Made by a program: the position numbers and the translations under genes. Below are positions 19,862 to 32,169 of a stretch of DNA of 32,785 nucleotides, piece after piece; the first letter of the stretch is position 1, and every line of letters starts with the position of its first letter. The notes below the pieces were generated by a model. That model saw only the letters and a list, made by a program, of their open reading frames with translations. It ran no database searches and had not been told where the DNA came from. Origin of the DNA: Octopus sinensis (taxonomy: Eukaryota); contig NW_021832756.1 in the NCBI RefSeq assembly GCF_006345805.1, forward strand, positions 1-32,785. Reading direction: 5' to 3'.

Positions 19862-20018
19862 TCGGCTGGCTTCCACACAGTTTCCATCTATCGAATTGCA
19901 CTGGTCGAGTCGGTGCTATTGCAGAAATCACATGCACAAAACACCACACAGTGAGATTGAACCTGTGAACACATGCTTGTAGAGCAAGCTTCTGAACGAC
20001 ACAACCAGTCCTGTGCTT
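19862..20018 (-). mobile_element. SINE family B, 5' half (degenerate)
   Basis: Minus strand AAGCACAGGACTGGTTGTGTCGTTCAGAAGCTTGCT...GGTTCAATCTCACTGTGTGG...GATGGAAACTGTGTGGAAGCC. Confidence 0.7.
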
Positions 20019-20745
20019 ATTACACTTTACGTGCATGCGTGGGAGTTTTTTTTTTAGGTCCTAAGGTGCGTAGATTTATATAGAAAGGTCTCAGAAATAT
20101 GGTTGACTTGTAAGATGCTCATATTTCGTTTTGACCGCTTTCGCCGGATGCTCGTTCATTCTTTCTTTCTTTAGCTTGTTATAAAATGTTTCAGACATAT
20201 CAATCTTGTTAATGACGACGGCAAAACTGTCAAGGATATCAACAGATCTAAATAGAGATAGCAATCATAACCTACATCAGCAGCTCAATAATTACCAGCG
20301 TCGCATAGCAGGACAAATAGCAACACCATCTCCGCTAACAGCCATCACCCAAATCACAACCACAACACACCGCCCCGGCAACACTGTCTACATCATCGCC
20401 GACTAAAACAACAGCAACCGCAGTAACAACAAGGTTAAACAGATGTATGAACAACAGCAGCGGTCGAATGAGCAACGTTAATGGCATCAGATATATTGAT
20501 AACAATATACATGTGTGTACGTATGTGTGTACATGTGTGTGTGTGCGAGCATATATATACATATATATATATATACACACACATACATGCGCACGTACAA
20601 GCATACATACACACACATATATATGTATATATAAATATATATATATATACATATATGCATACATACATATACTCATATAGACATATACATGAAAATATGC
20701 TCATGCTTGAATTTCTTCGTATACGCACACACATATATATGTGTG

Positions 20746-20810
<65 letters not shown>

Positions 20811-20990
20811 TATTTATATACACATATACACATATATATATTAATGTATGTGTATGTATACTTATTTATATGTGAATATATATATGGGTGTGTGTATATA
20901 GTACACATACACGTTTTTATGTTTGTATGCGTACATATGTATTATATCCGAATACATACACGCGCACATGCTTGCACGTACTCACACACG

Positions 20991-21070
20991 CTCGCAATGA
21001 GACACATACGCTCACACTCAGACACATATTCTCGAACTCAGACACATATTCTCGCACTGAGACACGCACG
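20991..21070 (+). repeat. Cryptic 20-bp minisatellite x4 (CTCGCACTCAGACACATATT-like)
   Basis: Units CTCGCAATGAGACACATACG, CTCACACTCAGACACATATT, CTCGAACTCAGACACATATT, CTCGCACTGAGACACGCACG. Confidence 0.85.
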
Positions 21071-21145
21071 CACACGGATACACATATAAATTTTAATATT
21101 TATAAATTACATAAACCATCGAATCACTTTACATCCACACGCTAC

Positions 21146-21177
<32 letters not shown>

Positions 21178-21424
21178 ACACATACACACACCCATACATA
21201 CACGCGTAATAGTATATATGCAATAATGAGTATACTTATGCATGTTCATAAACATCCATATATATACACATTCATAATATTGATTTTACTCAACACAAAT
21301 TGATACGGAAATATAAATATCGTTATGATTTCATAAACAGAAAGAATATACATACATACATGTGTATATAAATCTATATATATATAATATATATATATAT
21401 ATATACATCCATAACATATATATA

Positions 21425-21476
<52 letters not shown>

Positions 21477-21733
21477 CCCACATAAGAAGTGTATTAAAAA
21501 ATTTGCTAAGAAACACGGAAGCAGAACTAAATAAAAGAAGGGAGGTAATAACAAAACAGATTCAAATAACATAAGAATCAACAATGATACGTTAGTGAAT
21601 TGAAGAGAACGGTTGGAATAACAAGAATGGAGTTGTTTTTGTTGTTTGTTTTGTTCTTTACGTCTTTTATATCAAAATTCAATTAGATGGCGCCTGAAAC
21701 AAAAACAATCATCTGTATCTGTATATGTACATG

Positions 21734-21734
<1 letters not shown>

Positions 21735-21797
<63 letters not shown>

Positions 21798-21830
21798 TAT
21801 TATATATATATATATATATAATATATATAG

Positions 21831-21891
<61 letters not shown>

Positions 21892-21928
21892 GTGTGTTTG
21901 TGTGTATGTGTGTGTATTTGTATATGTG

Positions 21929-21974
<46 letters not shown>

Positions 21975-22194
21975 TACAAATAGACATCTATATATCTATG
22001 TATCTATCTATTTATCTATCTATTACTCTCTCTCTCTCACACTCTCTCTCTCTCTCTCTATATATATAATATATATATATACATGTATAATATATATGTA
22101 TATGTATTATATATATACATACATATATATAACATATATGTATGTGTATATATATATATAATATATTTGTATTATATACATATACATACATATG

Positions 22195-22285
<91 letters not shown>
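21735..22285. repeat. Large compound (AT)n/(GT)n/(CT)n microsatellite region
   Basis: Direct reading. Confidence 0.95.
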
Positions 22286-22289
<4 letters not shown>

Positions 22290-22535
22290 CTATTGTGAGC
22301 AGTAATGGCCAACCATACGTGGCTGAGTTGCAGTCTGGTTTAAGAGATATTTATCTTACATCTCCATATCTCACGCTTATCTGTGAATAGTAAATATATG
22401 GTTTTTCCCTTGTTAACTGATTTGCTACTAATACAGTTCTACCACAGTATACATTGAGCTCCATTTTGATACAAAACACAAGTATGTCTGTATGCATTCA
22501 TATATGTATATATCTATGTATGTATGCAATATATA

Positions 22536-22638
<103 letters not shown>

Positions 22639-22791
22639 CGAGTGTATGAGGCAATGGGTAATCACTGATTTACTGAAGGTTAAAATGCTTCAAATATCAC
22701 ACTAAAACTCCTTGAATACCATCCTAGCGTCTTACAAATTTAGAGTTTTCTAGGCATAATTTAGCATGCCGGATAGAAAGAATATACTGAA

Positions 22792-22908
22792 TCCTTTCTA
22801 CTATAGTCACAAGGCCTGAAATTTGGGAGAGGGGATAGTCGATTACATCGACCCCAGTGCGTAACTGGTACTTAGTTTATAGTGCCCGAAAGGATGAAAG
22901 ACAAAGTC
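22792..22908 (-). mobile_element. SINE family A, 3' half
   Basis: CCTTTCTACTATAGTCACAAGGCCTGAAATTTGGGAGAGGGG..AGTCGATTACATCGACCCCAGTG...CGAAAGGATGAAAG. Confidence 0.8.
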
Positions 22909-22951
22909 ATTCAACCAATGAAACATCTATTGCAATCGCATTATTATTGTC

Positions 22952-23004
22952 TAATAATAATAATAATGATAATTGCAGCAGCAGCAGTAGTGGTAGTAGT
23001 GGTA

Positions 23005-23054
<50 letters not shown>

Positions 23055-23086
23055 TAGTAGTAATAGTATAATAATAATGATAATAA
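22952..23086. repeat. Compound trinucleotide array (AAT)n-(CAG)n-(TAG)n-(AAT)n
   Basis: Direct reading. Confidence 0.95.
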
Positions 23087-23420
23087 ATGCCCTGATGCAG
23101 TACCAGGCAGTGGATCTCGTGGCTTCTGATCTTAACAGATTGAAAGTGTTATCATTTACATTGTTTTGTCTTGGTATAAAAGATGGGCTACAGCAAATAT
23201 TTTGCTCAATACCACAGATTTGCTTGTCACTTGCTTGACCTTAACCAGTTGAGCATGTCCCTTAGTGGCTGATGATATGTACAACTCTGATCACGAGCAG
23301 AAGTAGTGGGGCAGCATCATAACCATGTGTTGAGAGGGATTCTTTGGGGTTTGAATAATTCACCTCTGGAAACATGGGTGTTTCGTTCGACATTCTTAAA
23401 CAACCCTTATCAAGGGACCT
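23084..23420 (-). mobile_element. Non-coding dispersed repeat embedded between AAT arrays (probably a retroelement 3' region)
   Basis: Bounded by AAT arrays on both sides. A diverged inverted copy lies at about 25335-25410 (GCACATGACTATGATGATCCCC...CATGATCAGAAATGCACATAT). Family and strand are inferred. Confidence 0.5.
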
Positions 23421-23447
23421 TTGATTGCATGCACTGCTCTCTCACTC

Positions 23448-23504
<57 letters not shown>

Positions 23505-23522
23505 CAAAGTAATAATAATAAC

Positions 23523-23570
<48 letters not shown>

Positions 23571-23595
23571 CAAAGTAATAATAATAACAATAATC

Positions 23596-23641
<46 letters not shown>

Positions 23642-23675
23642 CAAGAAATGGAAGCAAATTTGAAAGAAGAAAAAA

Positions 23676-23727
<52 letters not shown>

Positions 23728-23752
23728 CAACAATAACAACAATAATAATAAT
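23448..23752. repeat. (AAT)n array with a higher-order CAAAGT interruption and a 36-bp insert
   Basis: CAAAGT(AAT)3AAC occurs at 23505 and 23571 (66-bp spacing). CAAGAAATGG...GAAAAAAGT lies at 23642-23677. Confidence 0.95.
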
Positions 23753-23958
23753 GGTTTCGTATTTTTCTATAAGGGTAGCAATTTTGGAGGCAGGAATGAG
23801 TCGATTACATCGACCCCAGTGTTCAACTGGTATTTATTTTATCGACACCGAAACGATGAAAGGTAAAGTCGATCTCAGCTGAATTTGAACTGAAAACGTA
23901 AAGGCAGATGCTAAGCTTTGTAGACGGCGTGCTAAATATTATGACAGCTCACAGCCTT
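23753..23958 (-). mobile_element. SINE family A copy between two AAT/AAC arrays
   Basis: AGTCGATTACATCGACCCCAGTG..AACTGGTATTTATTTTATCGAC...GATGAAAGGTAAAGTCGA..TTTGAACTGAAAACGTAAAG. Confidence 0.85.
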
Positions 23959-23973
23959 AACAACAACAACAAC

Positions 23974-24013
<40 letters not shown>

Positions 24014-24035
24014 TAATAATAATAATAATAATAAT

Positions 24036-24810
24036 GTGGGCTGCTACCTATTGAACAGAAAGGGTACCGAAAGGTGAGCCGGGGAAAGAAGAATCAACTC
24101 TTAAACGATAATCTAATTATCAGAAACTGTAAGAGAAGGCACACAAACCTGAGCATGGCATGGGTTGACTATCGAAAAGCATACGATATGATACCACACT
24201 TCTGGATAATAGGAACAATGGAAATGATGTAGTAGTAGAAATCATGAGAAAACATGAGAAGCAATGCAACCTCAATGAAGCTATGAATACCTGGAAATAT
24301 TTGAGGCAGATGGAACTAAACACAGTGACGTGAAGGAAAAGCGAGGACCTGCAGCGAGTGGGAAAAATATTGGCTTCAAAATTGAATGCTAGAAGCATAA
24401 TTTCGGTAATAAACTCGCGCGCAGTGGCAGTAGTTCGGTATGGCGCTGGAATCCTGAAGTAGACAGAGGAGGAGCTAGAGAAGATGGACAGGAAGTCAAG
24501 AAAGCTCCTAAAGGTGCATAGAGCCCATCATCACCGTGCAGACACTGATCGCCTATACATGAAGAGAACAAATGGAGGAAAAGGACTGATAAGTGTGGAA
24601 GACTGCATGCGTATCGAACTCGAGAGTTTAAAGAAATACCTAACCCAAAGTAAAGAGATGTTGCTAGTGTCAGTTAGGAACGAAGGAGTATTGAAAGCAA
24701 AGAAAAAAAAAAGGCAAAACAAAGGACGAAGTAAAAAAAAAATGTCATGAAGAAGAATTACGCCATAAGAAGTTGCTAGAAAAAAATAGGTGGGATTGAC
24801 TGAAAAAAGG
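24036..24810 (+). pseudogene. Internally deleted R4/Dong-like reverse-transcriptase fragment
   Basis: [21 protein letters not shown]...[22 protein letters not shown] (from 24041), then a jump to the post-RT region: SKLNA...AVAVVRYGAGIL...DRKSRKLL...DTDRLYMKRTNGGKGLISVED. The QGDSLSP and xxDD motifs are missing. It begins directly after an (AAT)n array. Confidence 0.85.
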
Positions 24811-24822
24811 AATATTAGAAAA

Positions 24823-25012
24823 CAGGCCTGGAATTTGTGGGGAGTGGGAGAGTCGATTACATCGATCTCAGTTCTTGACTGGCACTTAATTTATCGACTC
24901 CGAAAGGATGAAAGGCGAAGTCGACCTCGCCGAAATTTGAATTCAGCACGTAGAAACGGGCGAAATATCGCATTTCGTCCAGCGCGTTAACGATTCTGCC
25001 TGATCGGCGCTT
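24823..25012 (-). mobile_element. SINE family A copy
   Basis: AGTCGATTACATCGA...TTTATCGACTCCGAAAGGATGAAAGGCGAAGTCGACCTCGCCGAAATTTGAA...AACGATTCTGCC. Confidence 0.85.
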
Positions 25013-25618
25013 ACTAATTTAGACACAAATTATGAGAGATGGTCGGGTTAGTCGGTTCTGTGAAAACCAGTATGCGACTAGTATTTTATTTTTAAGAGAG
25101 TGAGAACATCGATGTAGAATATTCACTGCTTTGCTATTATCTTACTTATCTGAAAGGATCTAGGAGTAAATCATGAGAACAAATGCAAATCCCTGAAATA
25201 GTCAGATGCTCGAATTATCTTTGTGCTGTTACCATCAGCAGCGATAGTGGGCCGTATTGGCATTGACCTTTGCGCTTCCCTTCGCTAAAATAAGTGACAC
25301 GTAGAGGACAGATCTGGTGCATGCTCTTTCGTCTCGATCTTGCACATGACTATGATGATCCCCTATTATTGCTACTCATGATCAGAAATGCACATATAGC
25401 TATCCACTAGCAAATTCCTAGTCTCGTAGATTAATCAATTCCAGAAATCTACATGCGTATATACACGTGTATGTACGTATTCAGATAATATAATGCCTGA
25501 TAACATAAGGTTTATAAGTACAACAATTAGTGCTCAATTTAACTCGCTGCCTAAAACTCCATCTTGAACTACGATTAAAAGCAGGGATATTGTAGCTGCT
25601 TAAACATGAGTGTATAAG

Positions 25619-25652
<34 letters not shown>

Positions 25653-25964
25653 TGTATGTATGTATGTATGTATGTATGTATGAATGTATGAATGTATGTA
25701 TGTATGAATGTATTTATGTATGTATGCATGTACGTACGCATAAGTGTATGCATGTATGTGTGTGTACACACACACACGTACGTACTCATATATTAATTTT
25801 ATATATCAATTTATATATTATATATCAATTTTAATATTTGTCTCGGTGTGGCGATTTTAATCTTCCCCTTCTCATATAACACACACACACACACATAATA
25901 TATACAGACACAAATAAATAGATACTTATATATATATATACATAAATACATAGATACAAATACA

Positions 25965-26038
<74 letters not shown>

Positions 26039-27359
26039 TATGAACATATATAAACACTACGTGTGTGTGTATGTATGTATGTATGTGTCTGTATTTATAT
26101 ATATATATATATAATTATATATATATATGTCCATACATATATTTGATTATATAATTTCATCTATTTTGAGTATGCAGTGTCGCGGCGGTAATTGATATTA
26201 AGACGTTCGAGAATATAAATCTTGAAGATTTTTGAGGCTTTATTTCCAATTGCAATTTATTACAGAGTTTTTTTTTCTTCCACCCGACTATTTTATAATT
26301 CCTGTTGCATCTAAGAATAAATTTTAACCATAATTTTAAATAAATTTCCATTCTTTTCAATGTGAATATGCCGAATATAACGTCACGCCGGCGCAAGAAG
26401 AAAAAAAAATCGTTACAAATCCGCATGTTTGTACGTATAACAATGCTAATGCATGCATGTATAGATTTATGCACATGCATATACATACATGCATTCATAT
26501 ACACCCGTAAAAGATTTATGCGCATGCACATACATGCACCTAAACTCATACAAAAATCCGTGTATATATATATAGAAGAGTACACACATAGATACATATA
26601 TACAGATACACTTATATACAAACATACACAAATTCCTTCATAGGCAATGACTTTCACTTATTCAAGCGTGCTCCCATACTTACACGTACAGATATAAACA
26701 CATACACGTTCACACATACACACACACTCACAAAGGTGCGCACACGTGCGCTCACACGCACGCATGCACGAACGCGCACACTGACGCATTGTCATTTATA
26801 CACGGTATTTAAATTCACTCGTTCAGGCTTCCTCCTCCTACACACACATACACACACAGACGCATATGTATACACACACATACACACACACACACACACG
26901 CACACACACACACCACACACACACACACACACTTGAACAGTGAAACTCTACCACCCACTCAGACATACGTACATTCAATTATTCTCGAACAGCCACCCTC
27001 CACGTACGCACGCACGCACGCACAAAAACACAGACACTCACACAAACGCTTACGAAGACACAAGCGCGCAACTACACAAACACACACGCAACCGTACATA
27101 GAGACACACACACACATGCACATCTAGAAACATATTACAATCATATATTCATACAGATATTCATAATGACTTATGCATGCACGCAGGCATAAAACTCACC
27201 CACACACACAGTGAAAGCGTCACTTATTTTACATACGCTCGCACGAACAAGCACACGCATTCATAAAGAGGATCTTAATGCATGTATTATTATTTTTCGT
27301 CCGTTTAATTGCTTCGTTTTCAGCCTCTCAGATAATATATAAATTTATTATCTAAAGTT

Positions 27360-27401
27360 TCCTTCATATATATGTATATATTATATAATATATATACATA
27401 C

Positions 27402-27471
<70 letters not shown>

Positions 27472-28115
27472 TATATACACATACATAATATTACACATAC
27501 ATATCATATATATATGCATATCTATATGTATACATATATATACCTATATATATATACATATATATGATTAATATATAAATATATATATATATGCATATAT
27601 ATATATATATATTACGTATAACAAATACACTTATATAAATATATATGTATAACTACTTATATATATACATATACATACATATATATATATTCATATATAT
27701 ACGCATATATATTCATATATGTATGTATTTATATTTATATATCTCTTCATTCATATATGCATATACACACGCATAAACCCCCATTCATATACACTCGCAC
27801 GCGCGCACACATGCACCCACATACACACACACAAACACAGCCCCCACACATCCAGATATGAGACTTCATTTCATATTGTGTATGGTTTTTTCTTCTACCA
27901 AATATTTTATTCTTCCATGTGCTCACTATGATATTGGAATGCATAAGCATTAATACATATATATATATATATATATATTTTCTTATAGAAACATACACAT
28001 AGGATTTTTATGAATACATGCAACTATAAAACCACGTGTAAATACATACATACATAGACACATGAATTCCTACTTGTGTACATACATATAAATACGTACA
28101 TACCTATATATATAT

Positions 28116-28165
<50 letters not shown>

Positions 28166-28253
28166 TTGTATATATATAGATGTGTGTATATACATATATA
28201 TATATAATATATATTTGTATATATATATATGTGTGTGTATATACATACATACA

Positions 28254-28289
<36 letters not shown>

Positions 28290-28300
28290 TATATATGCCG
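27360..28300. repeat. Degenerate (AT)n/(CA)n/(CATA)n microsatellite-rich region
   Basis: Direct reading; contains short unique interruptions. Confidence 0.9.
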
Positions 28301-29449
28301 ATTAAATATATTGCATGTATTAACATATAGATTTGAATAAATCCCTCCCCACCACTCTCAGTTCCAATTCTTGTCTCCTTCCTTGCCACGGCTACTCTGT
28401 ATACGTGTATATTTATATATATTTGTGTGTGTGGGTGTGGGAATGGGTGTGTGTGTGTATGGGCGATGGTTTGTGTGTGTGTATGGGCGATGGTTTGTGT
28501 GTGTCTATGGACATAAATATATGTGCGTATTCACATATATGTGCTTATGGATATATATATGCGAATTCATATACATATTTCTTGTATAGCCGCCATGAAA
28601 ATTCCCTAACACTTTCTGCCTCTCTTTCTCCACAAACGCAAACACATACAGCTCTATACCTCGTCCTTACTATACACGAGTCTAACCACGGTTTTCAAAA
28701 TGTGATTAATTTATCGATCTTGTTATCATTTAACGAGATTCATGCTCCGTTTGCTTATAACGCTATTTCTGATAAAAATCTACATTTTATATTATATTAC
28801 ATTATATTTTCTTGTATATCACTTATAGTTTTTTGTTAAATTTCATACGTAATTTTATTTTTGTAGGAAGCTGTTCTTTTGTTGTATTCTTCTTTTTTTT
28901 TTAAATATATTTCCTTTTACTACATCATTTTTTTTTTTTTTTTTACGTCGTTCCTTTTCATTCCGCCATCACAAATTTCATTGCAGACTGGTGAGACAGG
29001 ACGAACATTTTAGAAACGCTTTATTGATATGTAAACTAGTGGAAAGACGTTCGCGTCATATTTTGATGGTGTGTGAAGCCACAGTTACTAGGAAGGCTAA
29101 TTTCGTTTTCTATTTTCTAGTTTTATTACGTCACACTACAATAACTTAATTTTTTTCATTACGTGATGCAAGGCCGGTTTCTTAGAATTATGTATATATT
29201 TGTAACAGTCAACTCTTTCGTCAGCAGATACAGTTATATGTCTATCATTTGAAAAGTCATTAAGATTTAAGTCGAAAAAATTTCTTTAATTTTCTATTTA
29301 TTGGATAAGGCATAAATCTCTTCTTTAGCAAGAACCTGCTTTATGCCATGTAAATTATCTTGCCTATCTTCACCTATGGGTATGAATGCTGGATATTGAG
29401 TGAAGGAGTACGATCGCAAATATAAGTGCCCGAAATATAGTAAAAAAAA

Positions 29450-29885
29450 ATTACGAGCCAGTATGCAGTAATATATATCTGGAAGATCCTGGAAGGAATT
29501 GTGCCACATTTTGGCATTGAAAGCTACACCAATGCCAGAACGGGACGACGCTGCATAGTGCCAAAGATCCCAGCAATGCCATCACGCTTCAGGAACAGTT
29601 ACTGCAACAGCCTGGTTTCAAGGTCCCACAGCTTTTTTAATATTCTCCCAAAGAGTCTGATGAACTTGCACAAAGTAGATGTAGGGGTTTTTAAATCAAA
29701 GCTGGACCTCTTCCTGTCGAGAGTCCCAGATGAACCTACCTCACGGCAAGAGGTGAAAATGAGGGTAGCTATATCAAACTCCATTCTTCACCAAGTACCA
29801 CATATTAGAGGAGGCTCTTAGTAATAACAGTAGCAAAACGGCGGTGCATCAGCACGGCCGCAGCTCTGAGCTGAAACTAGAGAGA
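29450..29885 (+). mobile_element. 5'-truncated CR1/L2-group LINE 3' end
   Basis: YAVIYIWKILEGIVPHFGIE...TGRRCIVP...FFNILPKSLMNL...FKSKLDLFLSRVPDEP, stop at 29819-29821. The 3' UTR is GGCGGTGCATCAGCACGGCCGCAGCTCTGAGCTGAAAC. Confidence 0.85.
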
Positions 29886-30118
29886 GCCACATCAACTCAT
29901 AAGTACCGGTGTCCCGGTTTCATGGCGTATATATTCCCCACCTGGACAGGACGCCAGTCCATTGTAGGATTACTAATTTTTGCAAGCTGAGTGGACTGCA
30001 GCAACGTGAAATGTAGTGTTTTGCTCAAGAACACAACGCGTCGCCCGGTCTAGGAATCGAAACCAAAATCTTACGATCATGAGTCAACCACCCTAACCAC
30101 TAAGCCACGCACATCCAC
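29885..30118 (-). mobile_element. tRNA-derived SINE, family C (variant 3)
   Basis: Head GTGGATGTGCGTGGCTTAGTGGTTAGGG, B-box-like GGTTTCGATTCC, body TTGAGCAAAACACT...CAGTCCACTCAGCT, 3' part ATGGACTGGCGTCCTGTCCAGGTGGGGAA. Confidence 0.85.
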
Positions 30119-31062
30119 AGTGCCCGAAATAGAGTCTCTCCGAATGATCTCTAAAATTACGTTGCTCGGCAGCGTGCGTAGCTCGGGGTCCAGGAAGTTG
30201 AATCACTACTTCTCCGTATTGGGAGGTCACAGCTCTGGTACTATGGACATGTGATTAAAATGTCACTAGAAAGCACCGTAGAACTGATTCTGCACGCTCA
30301 TCAGAAGAGTAAAGGGTAGACCAAGCATAAGATAACATCCATAGACTCAATTGGTCACAGTTGGTAAACCAAGCGGAAAACCTAGTGACGGTTGCTTCTG
30401 ATAGGGCTATATGGAGGAGGTACCTTAGTTATCTATCCACACGATCCCACACCAGAAATTGTAGATGAGAAGATGGATGAATGGGAAAATAATCGGATAC
30501 TTATTTCTGAAGCATGGTGCATGAAATATGCTGGTTAGAGAGAGGTTTAGGAAATCACTGCTTTATGAGTCTACCTGGAAAGAAACAATGTAGTTATTAA
30601 TAAGAAGGGTTGAAATCAATGCATGCAAGATTTCAAAGACCTAGCATCACTCCTTCATAGGAGTGGAACTTTTGATCCAACTCTTGTAAATTTAGAAATC
30701 AAGAACTATGAGCAGATAGTCAGATGTGCAATCTACTTGGCAGTTATTCCTCTGTCGATAAAAAAAAGTATCAAAACGAAAAGTAAAATGAATGGGAAAA
30801 CTAATGAAGAACATACGAATCCATTGCGCTGGAAGGGAAGCTGAATCGAAAATACGAAATCTAAACGCAAGCCAATGTGTTTGAGGAGGCACTTATTACA
30901 GGCACCGTTTTTGATTTTGTCTGTCCTTAACTCTCTGTCAATCCTGTATTCCAAAAATCGCAAAAGGTATTGGTCAAGTCTAAGCTATTGTAGAAGATAT
31001 TTTCCCAAGTTGCCGCGCAGCTGGATCGAATTAAACTCTTTCAACATGTATCTAGACATATA

Positions 31063-31482
31063 TCTAGACTCTTTTACTCCTTTACTTGTCTCAGTCATTT
31101 GACTGCGGCCATGCTGGAGCACCGCCTTTAGTCGAGCAAAATCGACCCCAGGACTTATTCTTTGTAAGCCTAGTACTTATTCTATCGGTATCTTATTGCC
31201 GAACCGCTAAGTTACGGGGACATAAAAACACCAGCATCGGTGGTCAAGCGATGTTGGGGAGGGGGGACAAACACAGACGCACAAACATATACACACACAT
31301 ACATATATATGCATATATACGACGAGCTTCTTTCAGTTTCCTTCTACCAAATCCACTCACAAGGCTTTGGCCGGTCCGAGGCTATAGTAGAAGACACTTG
31401 CCCAAGGTGCCACGCAGTGGGACTGAACCCAGAACCATGTGGTTGCTAAGCAAGCTACTTATCACACAACCACTCCTGCGCC
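31063..31482 (-). mobile_element. SINE family B, complete copy with an internal microsatellite and a CR1-type 3' tail
   Basis: The minus strand runs from AGGCGCAGGAGTGGTTGTGTGATAAGTAGCTTGC (head, B-box-like GGGTTCAGTCC) to GGCGGTGCTCCAGCATGGCCGCAGTCAAATGACTGAGACAAGTAAAGGAGTAAAAGAGT. Confidence 0.9.
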
Positions 31483-32169
31483 TAAGAGTTCAATGAAGAT
31501 AGAAAAGCCCGAAGAAAACTATGGTATTCTGCATTCAGCTAAAACCATTTCAGTAATAGATTTAAAATGGAATAAATTCGTACAGAAGAAACTCGCTATT
31601 AAAATAATCATTTCTAAATCTTGCCAAGCATATAGAAAATGTTTTACCGAAGAGATTTGATAAGGCGGAAAAGTGCATTGCTTTGACTACTTGGATCTAA
31701 AAAGAAAATCTTCTCCAATTTTCATTGCTTGGATTTTTCCAGAAATAGTCAATTAGCTTGTTATATTGGAGATATCTCTCTTGCTTGTGAAATGACGAAT
31801 CTCGAGACAGATAAAGCTATAAATAATAGCATGTAAGTATTAGTTTTAAAATCCTTTGGTTATAAAATGCCGAAAGCTGTCCTTGTTTGTATTTTAGATT
31901 TTACACAATCTTAAATGGAGGATTTGTTTACTAAATTCTTGGATAATATAAGTTAATCGGAGTCTTTCATCTGATTTATTACATAAGTAAGAGCATATTG
32001 TATGTTATTAACTACAGAAAAAAGTCTTGGTATTACTTAATAAAGTAAAATTTTGCATTCATTCAAGAAGTAATATGCAGATTTAGATAAAATTGCTATA
32101 AAACATTTTCTCTCAAAATGTTACTACAGTATCAGATTAGTAGACAGCACATTATAAATTAAACTAATA

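Larger units (their letters stand above)
29310..30484 (+). pseudogene. RTE-clade LINE 3' relic, split by a nested insertion (host parts ~29310-29437 and 30119-30484)
   Basis: The left part encodes IILPIFTYGYECWILSEGVRSQI*VPEI. The right part resumes VPEIESLRMISKITLLGSVRSS and, after a frameshift, ESLLLRIGRSQLWYYGHVIKM. It ends GATGGATGAATGG. Confidence 0.8.

Noticed and set aside
20200-20475. Q/T/N-rich ORFs (20206..20406 and neighbours)
   Set aside because: Cryptic CAA/CAG low-complexity sequence without splice or homology support.
22881-22891. Third occurrence of AGTGCCCGAAA, matching the TSD at 29425/30119
   Set aside because: It is a mutated part of the SINE core (ATCGACCCCGAAAGG), so the match is coincidental.
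30623-30844. 73-aa ORF MQDFKDLASLLHRSG...
   Set aside because: Short, with no recognisable domain and no splice signals that I could support.
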